Source of the DNA: an uncultured Methanolobus sp.
GTDB lineage: Archaea > Halobacteriota > Methanosarcinia > Methanosarcinales > Methanosarcinaceae
DNA: 64,000 bases
Assembly: GCA_963675495.1 (NCBI GenBank)
Contig: OY776215.1
Span: 2,810,009-2,874,008 of the forward strand
Direction of reading: 5' to 3'
Position numbers and translations under genes: made by a program. The notes beneath the pieces are model-generated. The model saw only the letters and a list, made by a program, of their open reading frames with translations, made no database searches and had not been told where the DNA came from. Of this stretch, positions 1 through 12,006 are shown one piece after another (the stretch's first letter is position 1; each line of letters opens with the position of its first letter).

Positions 1-965
<965 letters not shown>

Positions 966-1221
966 TCATGCACAATTTTGTTGTGATATTACCTAATGGT
1001 CATCGTTTTATATATAATTTTGCATAAATTTTATGAAAAATATAACCTATAGTTATTAATATGGGCATTTTGTAGTTTAGATTTGTTTTTTTAGTATTCC
1101 GGGTAAAAGAGAAACCCACTTTCATAAACTGAATAAAGAAAAAGGACTAAAAAGAAAAAAAGCCAGAATCTATGAACTAAAATAATGATGCGATACTATT
1201 TTCTTTTCCTATGCAAAGGAA

Positions 1222-1806
1222 CTAAGTTAGCAGCATTTCCATAAATGTGTCTTCCCTGACTTTTGGGCTTTTAAGTATCTTTGCAGTTGAATTCAGCTCT
1301 TGTACAAGTTTATTCACACCAGCCATATGTTCCTTTGTGTCAATCTCTATCTTGTTGATGCATACTATTTCTGCACCTTGTACCTGTTTTTTTGAATACT
1401 CGATAAGCTGATCCACTTGTATTTCAAATCCAGTTGAATTGATAAGCACTATACTTGGAAGCAGCTCAGTATTTGGAAGTGCCATTCTTTCAAGGTCTGC
1501 TTTTAGTTTATGCGGAAGCACAGTTTCTTCAGTTTCAATGAAAACCGTATCAGGACTGAATTCCTCCTGTAGTATCAGTAAGTTACTTCTGATGTCCGTA
1601 TCAAGAGAGCAAGGGATACAAACACTGTTGACTTCCTTTGTCTTAATTCCCAGTCTATCAAGCGTTTTTTCATCATAGTCCACTTCCCCGGTTTCCTGTA
1701 CAATAACTCCTATTTTCTCTCCCTTCGAATTCAGGTATTTTGCGAGATCAAGGACCATTGTTGTCTTTCCACTGTCTGTTGCTCCGCCTATGATGCTTAC
1801 TTTCAT
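1222..1806 (-). CDS. CobW/HypB/UreG-like (G3E) P-loop protein
   Basis: GGATDSGKTT Walker A, CIPCSL metal motif, INKIE as a degenerate NKxD. Confidence 0.7.
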   Translation of the reverse strand: MKVSIIGGATDSGKTTMVLDLAKYLNSKGEKIGVIVQETGEVDYDEKTLDRLGIKTKEVNSVCIPCSLDTDIRSNLLILQEEFSPDTVFIETEETVLPHKLKADLERMALPNTELLPSIVLINSTGFEIQVDQLIEYSKKQVQGAEIVCINKIEIDTKEHMAGVNKLVQELNSTAKILKSPKVREDTFMEMLLT

Positions 1807-1860
1807 ATTGTTAACTCCTTTTACAATTAGAAAACATCAAAACCGTCAATTGATACTCTC

Positions 1861-4515
1861 TTACTGTTGTTGTATATTGGTAGTTCTTTCCCTGGGATAA
1901 ACAGGGATTCGAAAAGTGAATTTGCTGCCATTTCCCGGTTCGCCTTCCACCCATATATTTCCACTTTGCATTTTCAGGTATTCTTTTACAAGTACGAGTC
2001 CAAGACCGGCTCCTCCGTATTTTTTGGTGTTGGAGCTATCCACCTGTATAAAGGGATTGAAGATCCGTTCTCTATCTTCTTCTGCAATTCCAATTCCGGT
2101 GTCTTCTACGGATACTTCAATTTCTTCATTTTCCACCTTTACATTTACGATAACGTTTCCTTTTTCAGGTGTGAACTTCAAAGCATTCTCTACCAGATTA
2201 TGAAGTATTTCTTTAAACTTATCAACGTCTGCAGTTATTTCAGTGGTACTTTCGTCAATGTTGACAGTGATATTTATCTTTTTTTTTGTGGCCAGTATTT
2301 TTGTACTTCTAATTACTTCCTTGACATACTTAACCGGGTCAAAGGCTGAAAACTTGAGTCCCATCCCCTCAGCTTCTATTTGCGCCAGGTCCAGCACATT
2401 GTTAATGAGGTCCAGTAGTTTGTATCCGGCATCGTTGATGCTTTGCAGGTATCTTTTCTGTTTATCATCAAGTCCTTTGATGTCTTGGTCTATAAGGACA
2501 TCTGAATATCCTATCACAGAATTAAGAGGAGTTCTTAACTCGTGATTCATGTTAGTCAGAAGACCATTTTTACAGAGGTTTGCCTCTTCAGCAGCTATCC
2601 TTGCCAGTAGCATCTGCTCCTCAGTCTTCTTCCTTTCAGTAATATCAACAAGAGTACCGATGACTCTATTGGTTCCACTTTTTCCATTGAATGTGGCTCC
2701 TTTGGCCAGTACCCATCTCCATTTCCCTGAGCCTGAAAGCATACGTATCTCAAAAGTGAAATTTTGACCATCGTTCACAGATTTTATGATCTTTGGAATG
2801 ATATTCTTCTGATCATCCGGGTGCATTAATTCACTCCATTTTTCCGGACTCATCGATGAGTCTTTGTAGCCTAACATTGCATATAATCCTGGACTGAAAA
2901 AAAACTCATCATGGTTCAGGTCCCATTCCCAAAAACCATGTTCTGAAACCATCATTGCAAGTTTAAGTCTTTCCTCACTTTCTTTGAGTGCCTCTTCTGC
3001 GACAATTCTCCCGGTAATATCCCTTGTGGTTCCGTTGATCGCAATAGGGGCTCCATCATCTCCACGAACGATTTTCCCAAGAATCTCAACAGGTATCTTC
3101 TCCTCATTTTTTTTCAACATTTCGACCTGAAAGACAATTCCGGGAGCATTGGGAGCACCTTCAAATCCTTTTTTCATGTAATTCATCATGATTGTGAAAT
3201 TCTCTTCATCACAATGGTCACTTAATTTTGAGCCGATCCATTCTTCTGGTAAATAACCGAACATGGATTGAATCGAGGGGTTAACATATGTAAAAACCAG
3301 GTTCATATCCATTAACCATATGCAATCCAGGGTGTTTTCAGCAAGAAGCCTGTACTTTTTTTCGCTTTCTATTAGTGCTTCTTCAGCTCTCTTTTTCTCG
3401 CTAACATCTATAATAGAACCCATGTATGCAACCGGTTTGCCTGCAAGGTCTTTAATGATGGTCGTAGATACCCATGCAGGAAATACAGTACCATCTTTTC
3501 TAAGGGCCCGACGCTCACTCTTAAATCCCGGATGTTTTATTATTTCCAATATTTCAGTTCTATCGTACTGAGTATCAAAGAATTCCTCTACTTTTTTTCC
3601 AATTACTTCTTCCTTGCTCCCATATCCCCACATTTTTAAAGTAGCGTTGTTTACATAACTGATTCTGCCATCAAGTTTCAGAAGTGCCATACCATCTATA
3701 TTAGCTTCTATTGCCTGATCTTTTATTCTAAGTCCTTCTTCAGCTTTTACTCTTTTAGTAATGTCAAGCATGTACCCGACTATTCCTGTAAACTGACCGC
3801 TTTTATCTTTAATTAACCAGAGGAATAACGAGCCAATGAACAATTCTCCATTTTTACGCTTTAAACGGACCTGTGTTTGGTGATGCCCTTTTGAAAGAAT
3901 ATGCTTTTTCATGTTCTTTCCCAGAACTTCAAGGTCTACATCGTGATAAACCAAAAGAGATATATGCTTACCCAAAACTTCTTCTGAAGTATATCCAAAG
4001 ATTATTTCTGAACCTTTGTTCCAGCTTGTTATGATCCATTCCATATCAGTCGAAATAATTGAATAGGGAGATTGCTCAATTATCTTCGACATAAATTCCA
4101 GAGATTCAGTTGCATGTTTATTTTCAAGGAGCACATTTTTTTTCTTTATGGCTTCTTTTATTGCAATGGGCAGTCTGTTGATGCGCTCTTTTAGTACGTA
4201 ATCAGTTGCTCCTGCTTTTATGCTATCCACGGCAATCTCTTCATTTATGAATCCCGTTAGAATTATGAATGGAACAGTGTTATCATATGTGAGCGAGTAT
4301 TCAAGTGCCCTCATCCCATCAAATTCAGGAAGTAAATAATCAGAGATTATAATATCCGGTTTGAATTCATATAAACCTTGTAAGAATTCAGCTTCGTTCT
4401 GTGCTAAGTACGGTTCAAATCGGATTCCATTATCTTTTATTTTCCTCTTAGCTAATTCCAGATCTTCAGGTATGTCTTCAACAAACAATATTTTAATAAC
4501 CTGATCATCTTTCAT
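1861..4515 (-). CDS. Receiver-PAS(x4)-histidine kinase
   Basis: N-terminal REC (ILFVED, IISDY), several PAS/PAC repeats, HELRTPLN H-box, NLVENALKFT, DTGIG, GAGLGL. Likely ATG at 4515 (track start 4533). Confidence 0.93.
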   Translation of the reverse strand: MKDDQVIKILFVEDIPEDLELAKRKIKDNGIRFEPYLAQNEAEFLQGLYEFKPDIIISDYLLPEFDGMRALEYSLTYDNTVPFIILTGFINEEIAVDSIKAGATDYVLKERINRLPIAIKEAIKKKNVLLENKHATESLEFMSKIIEQSPYSIISTDMEWIITSWNKGSEIIFGYTSEEVLGKHISLLVYHDVDLEVLGKNMKKHILSKGHHQTQVRLKRKNGELFIGSLFLWLIKDKSGQFTGIVGYMLDITKRVKAEEGLRIKDQAIEANIDGMALLKLDGRISYVNNATLKMWGYGSKEEVIGKKVEEFFDTQYDRTEILEIIKHPGFKSERRALRKDGTVFPAWVSTTIIKDLAGKPVAYMGSIIDVSEKKRAEEALIESEKKYRLLAENTLDCIWLMDMNLVFTYVNPSIQSMFGYLPEEWIGSKLSDHCDEENFTIMMNYMKKGFEGAPNAPGIVFQVEMLKKNEEKIPVEILGKIVRGDDGAPIAINGTTRDITGRIVAEEALKESEERLKLAMMVSEHGFWEWDLNHDEFFFSPGLYAMLGYKDSSMSPEKWSELMHPDDQKNIIPKIIKSVNDGQNFTFEIRMLSGSGKWRWVLAKGATFNGKSGTNRVIGTLVDITERKKTEEQMLLARIAAEEANLCKNGLLTNMNHELRTPLNSVIGYSDVLIDQDIKGLDDKQKRYLQSINDAGYKLLDLINNVLDLAQIEAEGMGLKFSAFDPVKYVKEVIRSTKILATKKKINITVNIDESTTEITADVDKFKEILHNLVENALKFTPEKGNVIVNVKVENEEIEVSVEDTGIGIAEEDRERIFNPFIQVDSSNTKKYGGAGLGLVLVKEYLKMQSGNIWVEGEPGNGSKFTFRIPVYPRERTTNIQQQ

Positions 4516-4809
4516 TTGATTCCCCACTTCCAAGCAAATTTTGACAAACTATGAAGTCAAAACCCTTAAAACCACCACTTTTAATTTGCAGTTTGACAGT
4601 AATCTCAAATTGCTAAATTATTGTCTAATTTATTCCGTAATTGTTACTCAAAACATTATTTGGCTTAATAACTAATAAATCTAGGTGTCAATAGCTATAA
4701 ATTCAACATAAAAAAGTAAAATTTGTGCGGCCATATCAAGATAAGTTTTTTGGATGGGGGGTCAATTTGCACTATGACCCTCCTTCATTTCAACGCAAAA
4801 TGCACAGCA

Positions 4810-7260
4810 TCATGCATCACTTTCCTGTTGTTGGAGTTTCTTCATTTCCTTGATCTCTTTTATTCTCCTTAATATAACTTCTCCAAGGAAAATAATAAGA
4901 GCTGCCAGCAGGAAGTATATCTTCTGGCTTACATTGTCACGTACCAGTTTTTCAGAGTTACCCTGTGCTTCTTCGAGCAGGTTAGCTCTTGCCTCGTTTG
5001 GAGAAAAGGTGTTTCCTCCATATGCTTTGATAAGTGCGGGGAGGTCTTCGTTCAGTCCTACATCACGGTATTCAAGTGCATAGTTCACTGCCACAGGATA
5101 TCCGGAAAGGTCATGGAGACCAATTGGGCTTGGGTCGATAACGGCTTCATATACATTATTCCCTGTAAGTGAGAGGTCAAGTGCATCACCGTCCAGCTTC
5201 AGGGTGGGAATACCTTCATCATACATTGTCAGCTCGATGGTCACCGGCGTACCGTACCATGTGTCCGGTGCATCTACAACAGCTCCGGTCTCTTCCCTTG
5301 GATTACCGATTGCCCAGTTAACAGTTGAGGACATAAGCTTTGAATTGTTATCCGAGTACAACTGTGTGGCCCACATATTGTCCCCTCCCTGTCCGTTGTC
5401 GGTTGACAGGGCAGCAACTCTTCCAAGCCCGTATCTCCATGTGGTCAGCACCGGCTTTCCGGTACTTGTAATAATAAGCCTGTCAGCTCCGGCTTTTGGA
5501 GTGACATCATTGTACCCTGTGATACTGCCATTTACTTCGATATCTCTGGTAATGAAATGTTTGGTGTTAAGCTCAATAAGGGGATATGTTCCAATATCAG
5601 CCGTTTCTTCATCCTGAGTTTCCTGAAGGTCTTCAAATTCTATATTTGCCCTTTCTCCTTCATTGATGTGGAAATAAACTCCTCCCACTTCACTCATCAA
5701 AGTTTCTGCAAATATATTGCCGTAGGCATCTCTCTGGGAAGGTGCGCTTGATCTGATATGCACATAATAAAGATTCACACCATTATCAACTATATCTTCT
5801 GCGATTACCAGACTCTCATCGTATGTCTGCTCAATACCACCATCTGAAATGATTATGATCTCAAGTTCTCCAACTTCGTTTTCCAGCCATTGCTGAGCAA
5901 TTGCAAGTCCTTCGTTAAGTGATGTTTCACTTGTACTTCCTGGTGTAAGTGTTTTCATCTCGGATTCCAGAAATTCCAGGTTCGAAGCTGTTCCAAGAAA
6001 CTTTAGTCCACCTGATACATCCATACCTTCACTACCAAAAGCAATGACTCCAAGGTACGCATCTCTCAGATTTTCATTATGCAGTATATTGATGGCGTTT
6101 CCCAAAATGTCTGCAATTGTTCCGTGGGCGGCTGTACTCTGGGATATATCCAATACCAATACAATATTTCTTCCACCGCTCCAATCCGTAGGTTTTGAGA
6201 GCACTGGTAATATTTCTTCTACGGGTGAGTCGAGATAATCTCCATAATTATAGGAGCGTTCTCCTCCTACCACAACAATACCTCTTCCTTCATTGAGGTA
6301 GTCTTTTAGTTCTCCAACCTCGGATTCAGTGAATGTGTTAGCGTGAGTGTTATCGAGAATTATTGCTTTCTTATCATCGATATTATCAAGTTCTCCGGAA
6401 GTTGAGACATCGTAGAGATTTAGTAATATATCTGCAAGTGGAGAGCTTGTCTCAAGACCGATGGTGCGAATGGTGGGTTTCGGGACAACATATACAGATT
6501 TGTAATATTGATTATTGATTGTGTCAACGTCAGAACCGGAAGGTATGATAATAGCTTTTAACGTGTGTGCACCCAGTTTGGAGAATTTCACCTGTGTCAC
6601 AGGTATAGTTTTATCACGGTCGGTTTGTGTAACTCTGCCACTTCTGATCAGGGTATCATCACTATAGAGCTCATAACTGTATGATATTTCCTGGTCCACT
6701 GCCTGGGAGACTACGATGTTGAACTGGTTCTCGTTCTTTAGAATTATAGTCTTATCGCCTTCAATTTGCACAGTCAGGTCATTCTCTTCCAAGTCAGGCT
6801 GGACATAGTAAACAGTAGTTCCAGTTTCCTTTGCAAATTGCAGTGCATCTTCCAGTTCTTCGCCTGTGTTACTGTTACCGTCAGTGACCAACACTATCTG
6901 GTTATCTCCGGTGGAATACTGCATAATGGCATCTCCAAGAGCAGTATTATCTCCTGAGAGCCGGACAATTGATGCAGATGTTCTGGCGCTCAGAGCTTCA
7001 TATAGCTCAGCTGCCGTACCGTTTTCGAATAGCTCCATGCTGGCAGTTTCATCCGAGATTATCACAAGGTCTGGATTGTCATCTGTCGTTACTCTGGGTA
7101 CAAGTGTAAAAGGTGATGCAAGAGCAACTATGAGTAGTATGGCAACAACTATACGTGAGATAATAAGTCCTTTCTTTGTTCCTTTTTTCAGGAGATAGAA
7201 ACCTGCAACAAGGGCAGGGATAATCAGCCAGAGCATCTCCGGATTCTCGAGCCTGACCAT
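4810..7260 (-). CDS. Membrane-anchored VWA / GATase1-like domain protein of the MoxR operon
   Basis: N-terminal TM pair, VWA-like LVLDISQS...IIISDG, WRYGLGRVAA, C-terminal TM. Confidence 0.8.
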   Translation of the reverse strand: MVRLENPEMLWLIIPALVAGFYLLKKGTKKGLIISRIVVAILLIVALASPFTLVPRVTTDDNPDLVIISDETASMELFENGTAAELYEALSARTSASIVRLSGDNTALGDAIMQYSTGDNQIVLVTDGNSNTGEELEDALQFAKETGTTVYYVQPDLEENDLTVQIEGDKTIILKNENQFNIVVSQAVDQEISYSYELYSDDTLIRSGRVTQTDRDKTIPVTQVKFSKLGAHTLKAIIIPSGSDVDTINNQYYKSVYVVPKPTIRTIGLETSSPLADILLNLYDVSTSGELDNIDDKKAIILDNTHANTFTESEVGELKDYLNEGRGIVVVGGERSYNYGDYLDSPVEEILPVLSKPTDWSGGRNIVLVLDISQSTAAHGTIADILGNAINILHNENLRDAYLGVIAFGSEGMDVSGGLKFLGTASNLEFLESEMKTLTPGSTSETSLNEGLAIAQQWLENEVGELEIIIISDGGIEQTYDESLVIAEDIVDNGVNLYYVHIRSSAPSQRDAYGNIFAETLMSEVGGVYFHINEGERANIEFEDLQETQDEETADIGTYPLIELNTKHFITRDIEVNGSITGYNDVTPKAGADRLIITSTGKPVLTTWRYGLGRVAALSTDNGQGGDNMWATQLYSDNNSKLMSSTVNWAIGNPREETGAVVDAPDTWYGTPVTIELTMYDEGIPTLKLDGDALDLSLTGNNVYEAVIDPSPIGLHDLSGYPVAVNYALEYRDVGLNEDLPALIKAYGGNTFSPNEARANLLEEAQGNSEKLVRDNVSQKIYFLLAALIIFLGEVILRRIKEIKEMKKLQQQESDA

Positions 7261-9131
7261 CAGAGCTCACCTCTCTTTCTTATTATAAGTAGTTCAAGTA
7301 CAACCAGGATGAAAACAATTATTATCATGTAAATGTCCAGATAGTTCTTTGCAGTATAAGAGCTGGCACGCACTATTTCAGGTCCTTCCTGTACCTGTGA
7401 GCGTTCTATAACATCTTCTTCAATAGTGGTGTCAGATTCCCTGTCATTATACAGGTTAACTGCGATTTCCTTTCCTGCTACCTGATAGATGCCGGTCTCA
7501 TCATAAAGAACACGGCTAACGGTCTGAGTGCCACCTGGGGTTTGGATGTCCTGTTCTTTCGCCAGTGCTGAGATGGTTCCTGTATTTAGATTGTAGTCCT
7601 GTACACTGCCGGTTCCTCCAAGCCATCCTGCCAGCTTGAACCAGAACACTGGATACTCCGGTTTATTATGGAAATTATTCCAGGCGTCTTCGCCTGTGTT
7701 ATCATTAATGCCAAGGTAAACAACGGTTCCATCGCCGACAGAACCGTATGCTAACATAGGTATATTATCCTCAGTAGCTACAAGAGTAGTGGATTCGATC
7801 CTTGAACTGACATTAAGGAAACGATACATGGCAACTTCCTCGTATTTCATATCCTCGCTAAGTCGCGTTTCCTGAAAAACTTCAAGGGCTACGCCATAAT
7901 CTGTATCTTCTATGGAACCAGGTATTACAGGAAGGATTTCCTGCAATTCAATTTTAGCATTTTGAGATGAAAGCGCTTCACTTGCAATGAAAACAGCTCT
8001 TCCTCCTCCACTAAGGAAGTTATCAAGGGTTGTTATCTCATTACTTGCGAGCGACCTTTCCTTATTGGCAATTACTACCATGCTGTATTTGGACAGGTCT
8101 TCAGGCACGCCTTCAATCTGGTTGAGCTTAATGTTCGGTATCAACGAGAGTGCTACCTGTGAGGGAAGATTATCGACATCTGTTACAAAGAGTAGCTGTC
8201 TGTCAGATATCCTCGGTATGGATATGTAAGCGGTGTTATCGGCCATGAGGCTGTCATCATCTGCTATTTCAACTTCCGTAATGCCTGTTCCAAGATTTGT
8301 TAGCTGGAATTGTTTTGTGGAGTGTGCAGGGATATTAAGTGAAACATCATTGTTTTTGCCATTGTCAAGATTCTGAATTTCAAGATCAACGACCTGCCTG
8401 CTGTTCATATAATTCTTAACAACACCCGTATATGTATAACTATTATCTACGGCCTCAATGCTACCCTGAATGAACCCTACGTTATCAGTTTCTCTGCCAA
8501 CAGAGACAAACTGCACAGTAAGCCCGTATGATTCTGCCAGATTCATAGCATTGACCGGGTCATCACCGTTCCAGTTAGTAAAATCGGATACTACGACAAT
8601 GTTGCCTCCTTCATCTGAAAGTAATCTCATGCCAGTTGAAATGGCACTTGAAAGGTCGGCAACAGTTGCTTTTGCTTTAAGTGTGTCAAGTGTGTCATAG
8701 GTTGCCTGTGAACTTTCACTTTCAAGTATTGTAACAGGAATGCTCTGTGCAAGTATGATGCTGTTCTTCTTGCTCACGTAACCTTCAGCTTTTGCTATTG
8801 CCTCGCTGAACCTGTTGTCAGTCTGCATACTTGCGGATGCATCTATGATAAGCACAGTGTGTTCGCCGCTAAGTGCCTCTTGTGTTTCAAGGTAAGGCGA
8901 TGCTGCAGCCAGTGCAAGCAGTATCAATACAAGTAACTGTATAAGGAAAAGCGGGTCCTTTATGAGTTTTGTAATGGATGTATAGAAACGTTTTTTCTCT
9001 TCCTTTATATCCATGAGGAACATAAGGGATGGGATCTGGACCTGTAGTGGTTTTGGTCTGAGAAGATAGAGCAGTATCAGTGGTATGATACTTGCAAGTG
9101 CTCCCAGTGCAAGAGGATTATCATAAGGCAT
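7260..9131 (-). CDS. BatA N-terminal + VWA domain membrane protein
   Basis: PLILLYLLRPKP..IPSLMFL (BatA), IDASASM MIDAS motif, VVSDF, C-terminal TM. Confidence 0.85.
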   Translation of the reverse strand: MPYDNPLALGALASIIPLILLYLLRPKPLQVQIPSLMFLMDIKEEKKRFYTSITKLIKDPLFLIQLLVLILLALAAASPYLETQEALSGEHTVLIIDASASMQTDNRFSEAIAKAEGYVSKKNSIILAQSIPVTILESESSQATYDTLDTLKAKATVADLSSAISTGMRLLSDEGGNIVVVSDFTNWNGDDPVNAMNLAESYGLTVQFVSVGRETDNVGFIQGSIEAVDNSYTYTGVVKNYMNSRQVVDLEIQNLDNGKNNDVSLNIPAHSTKQFQLTNLGTGITEVEIADDDSLMADNTAYISIPRISDRQLLFVTDVDNLPSQVALSLIPNIKLNQIEGVPEDLSKYSMVVIANKERSLASNEITTLDNFLSGGGRAVFIASEALSSQNAKIELQEILPVIPGSIEDTDYGVALEVFQETRLSEDMKYEEVAMYRFLNVSSRIESTTLVATEDNIPMLAYGSVGDGTVVYLGINDNTGEDAWNNFHNKPEYPVFWFKLAGWLGGTGSVQDYNLNTGTISALAKEQDIQTPGGTQTVSRVLYDETGIYQVAGKEIAVNLYNDRESDTTIEEDVIERSQVQEGPEIVRASSYTAKNYLDIYMIIIVFILVVLELLIIRKRGEL

Positions 9132-10015
9132 TACAGTCTTCTCCTGCTAATGGTATGGAAGAATGCGTCAAATATCGGGATATCGGTTGTGAAAGTGTAA
9201 AATTCGGCACCAACCTTGCCACAGGTATCCTTGATCTGGTTTATGTGGCTTGTGAGTTTTTCCTGATACTCAGTTTTCAGGTCTTCGCTTATATATGTGT
9301 CAAGCTTAACTCCGGATTCGAGGTCTACGAGCCGGCTGTGGCCATGAATGGTAAGGGCGCTTTCTGTCCTGTCAAGAACCTGGATAAGCATCAGGTCGTG
9401 ATCTGAAAAACGGTAGATTGCAGATTCGATCTCTTTAGGGTCCTGGAGAAAATCAGAGATAATGATTACCAGTGAGCGTGAATGGATGGCTTTCCCGTAT
9501 AGGATCGTACATTCATCAATGGCTGTTTTTCCACCAGCTTTAGATGTTTCGAGCCGCTCGATGGCACGTAACAGGTATTTTCTTCCTCTCCTGGGTTTTG
9601 TAATGTCCACATTCTCAGCAAAGGTTGATATCGCAAACTTATCGTTATCCTTGGTAACCAGGTAAGCAAAGCCTGCTGCAAGCATTGTAGCATACTCGAA
9701 CTTGCTTGGAGAATCTCCGGCAGTATAGTCCATGCTCTTACTGGAATCCAGCAATATGTGTGTTGTCAGGGATTTATCTTCTTCGAACTGGCGTATGTAG
9801 AGTTTCTCAGATCTGGCATAAGCTTTCCAGTCCACTGCTTTGAGCTCATCGCCTCGATTGTATTCCCTGTAGCCAACAGTATCCAGACCTCTACCGCTAT
9901 GTATAGAGCGTCTGCTACCTGCATACGCAGTTGACACTCTTTTTCTTACCATGAAGGTAAAACGGTCAAGTTGTCTGAAAAAATCAACATCTATGGTATG
10001 TCTCTTGTCGCTCAT
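9131..10015 (-). CDS. DUF58 protein
   Basis: YREYNRGDELKAVDWKAYAR, LLDSSKSM, IISDF. ATG at 10015 (track extends to 10045). Confidence 0.9.
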   Translation of the reverse strand: MSDKRHTIDVDFFRQLDRFTFMVRKRVSTAYAGSRRSIHSGRGLDTVGYREYNRGDELKAVDWKAYARSEKLYIRQFEEDKSLTTHILLDSSKSMDYTAGDSPSKFEYATMLAAGFAYLVTKDNDKFAISTFAENVDITKPRRGRKYLLRAIERLETSKAGGKTAIDECTILYGKAIHSRSLVIIISDFLQDPKEIESAIYRFSDHDLMLIQVLDRTESALTIHGHSRLVDLESGVKLDTYISEDLKTEYQEKLTSHINQIKDTCGKVGAEFYTFTTDIPIFDAFFHTISRRRL

Positions 10016-10052
10016 AGCCAGTTCTCTGCCTGAGTTTCCTGCCAAAGCTAGC

Positions 10053-11024
10053 TTACTTTATTTTCTCAAGCAAGCTTTTGATAACCTGGTCAGTGCTTAT
10101 TCCTCTTCTTTCTGCTTCAAAGGTGAGGATTATCCTGTGCCTGAGCACTGGGTATGCCATGGCATCAATATCCTCTGCGCTGACAAAGTTGCGTCCTTTT
10201 ATCAAAGCCCTTGCTTTTGCTGCAAGTATAATTCCTATTGAAGCTCTGGGAGATGCACCATATTCGATGAACTCGCTTTTGATACGTGTCGAAATGACGA
10301 TCTTAATGGCCCGGTTCTTTATATCATCTGCAATTGGCACATCTCTTGTTAGTTTCTGCAGGTCAAGAAGTGTATTCTTATTGACCACCTTGCCAACAGA
10401 GGGCATGATGGACTTTGTGTACCGGTTAACGATCTCTATCTCATCTTCGTAGTTCGGATAATCCACGAGGATCTTAAGCAGGAATCTGTCAAGCTGTGCT
10501 TCAGGTAGAGGGAATGTTCCTTCCATCTCAATTGGGTTCTGGGTTGCCAGGATGAAAAAAGGCTGTTCAAGAATAAATGTATCATTACCAACGGTTATCT
10601 GTTTCTCCTGCATTGCCTCAAGTAGTGCGGACTGTGTCTTTGGAGATGCACGGTTGATCTCATCGGCCAGTACGATATTAGCAAATATTGGTCCTGGTTC
10701 AAACTTGAATTCTTTGTGTCCATCTGTTTCTTCAATGATATGCGTTCCAGTGATATCAGCAGGCATCAGGTCTGGAGTACACTGTATCCTGCTGAAATTC
10801 AGATCCATTGATTTTGAAATGGTTGAAATTGTCAGTGTTTTTCCAAGACCCGGGTTACTTTCTATCAGTGCATGCCCGTTGCATAATATTGAAATTATGA
10901 TCTGTTCCACTGAAGCTTGCTGGCCGACAACTACCTTTCCAACCTCGTTGAAAAGCGTTGCAAACATATCGCCGGCCATTTTGTATGTTTGCGACAGGTC
11001 CCTTGAATTCAGGTCGCTTGCCAT
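10053..11024 (-). CDS. moxR: MoxR family AAA+ ATPase
   Basis: PGLGKT, RIQCTPDLMPADITG, LADEINRA, ATQNPIEMEGTFPLPEAQLDRF. Confidence 0.95.
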   Translation of the reverse strand: MASDLNSRDLSQTYKMAGDMFATLFNEVGKVVVGQQASVEQIIISILCNGHALIESNPGLGKTLTISTISKSMDLNFSRIQCTPDLMPADITGTHIIEETDGHKEFKFEPGPIFANIVLADEINRASPKTQSALLEAMQEKQITVGNDTFILEQPFFILATQNPIEMEGTFPLPEAQLDRFLLKILVDYPNYEDEIEIVNRYTKSIMPSVGKVVNKNTLLDLQKLTRDVPIADDIKNRAIKIVISTRIKSEFIEYGASPRASIGIILAAKARALIKGRNFVSAEDIDAMAYPVLRHRIILTFEAERRGISTDQVIKSLLEKIK

Positions 11025-11075
11025 TTATTATCTCCTTTATCTTTGTCCTATGAATGTAAATTATAAATGTAATGT

Positions 11076-11972
11076 TCAGTTCTTAGCCATCTCTTCAAAA
11101 TAAGATTTGATAACACTTTCATAGCCCTCAGGGAGCTCCTCATAATATGCCTGAGATGAAATGATACTTATTTCGTAGGGTGATGACTGGTCAAAGTCCT
11201 CATCAGCTTCTTCCCCCTCTTCCGGGTTCCCAAAACCTACGCCTGTTCCAGGTGGAAGTGTCAGATCGACTTCAGTTCCCTCTACAACAATGATCGCAGT
11301 CTCTCCGGTCAGGTCCTCATTGTCCGAAGCGCCACCATCACTTGTCTCGTCCTCGATATCATACAGGTCATCAGATGTGTTGTCATCATCTGGCAGGAGT
11401 CCCGCATCTTCGAGAATATCTTTAAAATCATCCGGACCAACACCCGTACGAATGTCATTCGACATGATGAAACCAAGTGTTGAAGCAGAGATTAGTATCA
11501 GCACCAGTCCCATTGTAAGCCGTCTTCTTCTTAGAAAAGCTGAAGACTGAACTTTTGAAATGCCTGAAGCTACCTTATTTAGCAGGTCCTTCACGATTAT
11601 GTTGTCAGTATCCCTGTTATCGTATGCAGTACGTAGTTTTTCTTGTAGGTTTGGATACTTTTCTTCTACTACCAGTAAAATACCGGTCCTGTCATCATGT
11701 CTGTGTATCAGGAAGGTCAATATCAAAGCCATAAATCCAGAAATAAGTGCTAGTGCGACAGTTTCAAATGCAATGCTTATACCTGCGAAATCATAATCTG
11801 TTCCTGCCCTTACTTCAAAAGTACTCATCATGGCAAATGCTTTATCCATACTTAGCAGGAAAAGCAGGGTGAAAATCACCAGTGAAATTGTCAGGAAATC
11901 TATTAGCTTATAGGCCCTGCGGTATTTTTTTAGGGCAGCTTCCTGTTTTTTTACGAAATCCCTGATATCCAT
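11076..11972 (-). CDS. Conserved archaeal membrane protein, first gene of the MoxR operon
   Basis: Three TM segments, YPNLQEKLRTAYD, acidic linker, ELPEGYESVIKSYFE C-terminus typical of MoxR-cluster partners. ATG at 11972. Confidence 0.7.
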   Translation of the reverse strand: MDIRDFVKKQEAALKKYRRAYKLIDFLTISLVIFTLLFLLSMDKAFAMMSTFEVRAGTDYDFAGISIAFETVALALISGFMALILTFLIHRHDDRTGILLVVEEKYPNLQEKLRTAYDNRDTDNIIVKDLLNKVASGISKVQSSAFLRRRRLTMGLVLILISASTLGFIMSNDIRTGVGPDDFKDILEDAGLLPDDDNTSDDLYDIEDETSDGGASDNEDLTGETAIIVVEGTEVDLTLPPGTGVGFGNPEEGEEADEDFDQSSPYEISIISSQAYYEELPEGYESVIKSYFEEMAKN

Positions 11973-12006
11973 GGTGGCACCGTTTATTTTATTCAGTAGA
12001 TAATGA

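Noticed and set aside
4810-11972. MoxR-DUF58-VWA operon as a novel system
   Set aside because: This is a well-known, widespread gene arrangement with nothing atypical visible.
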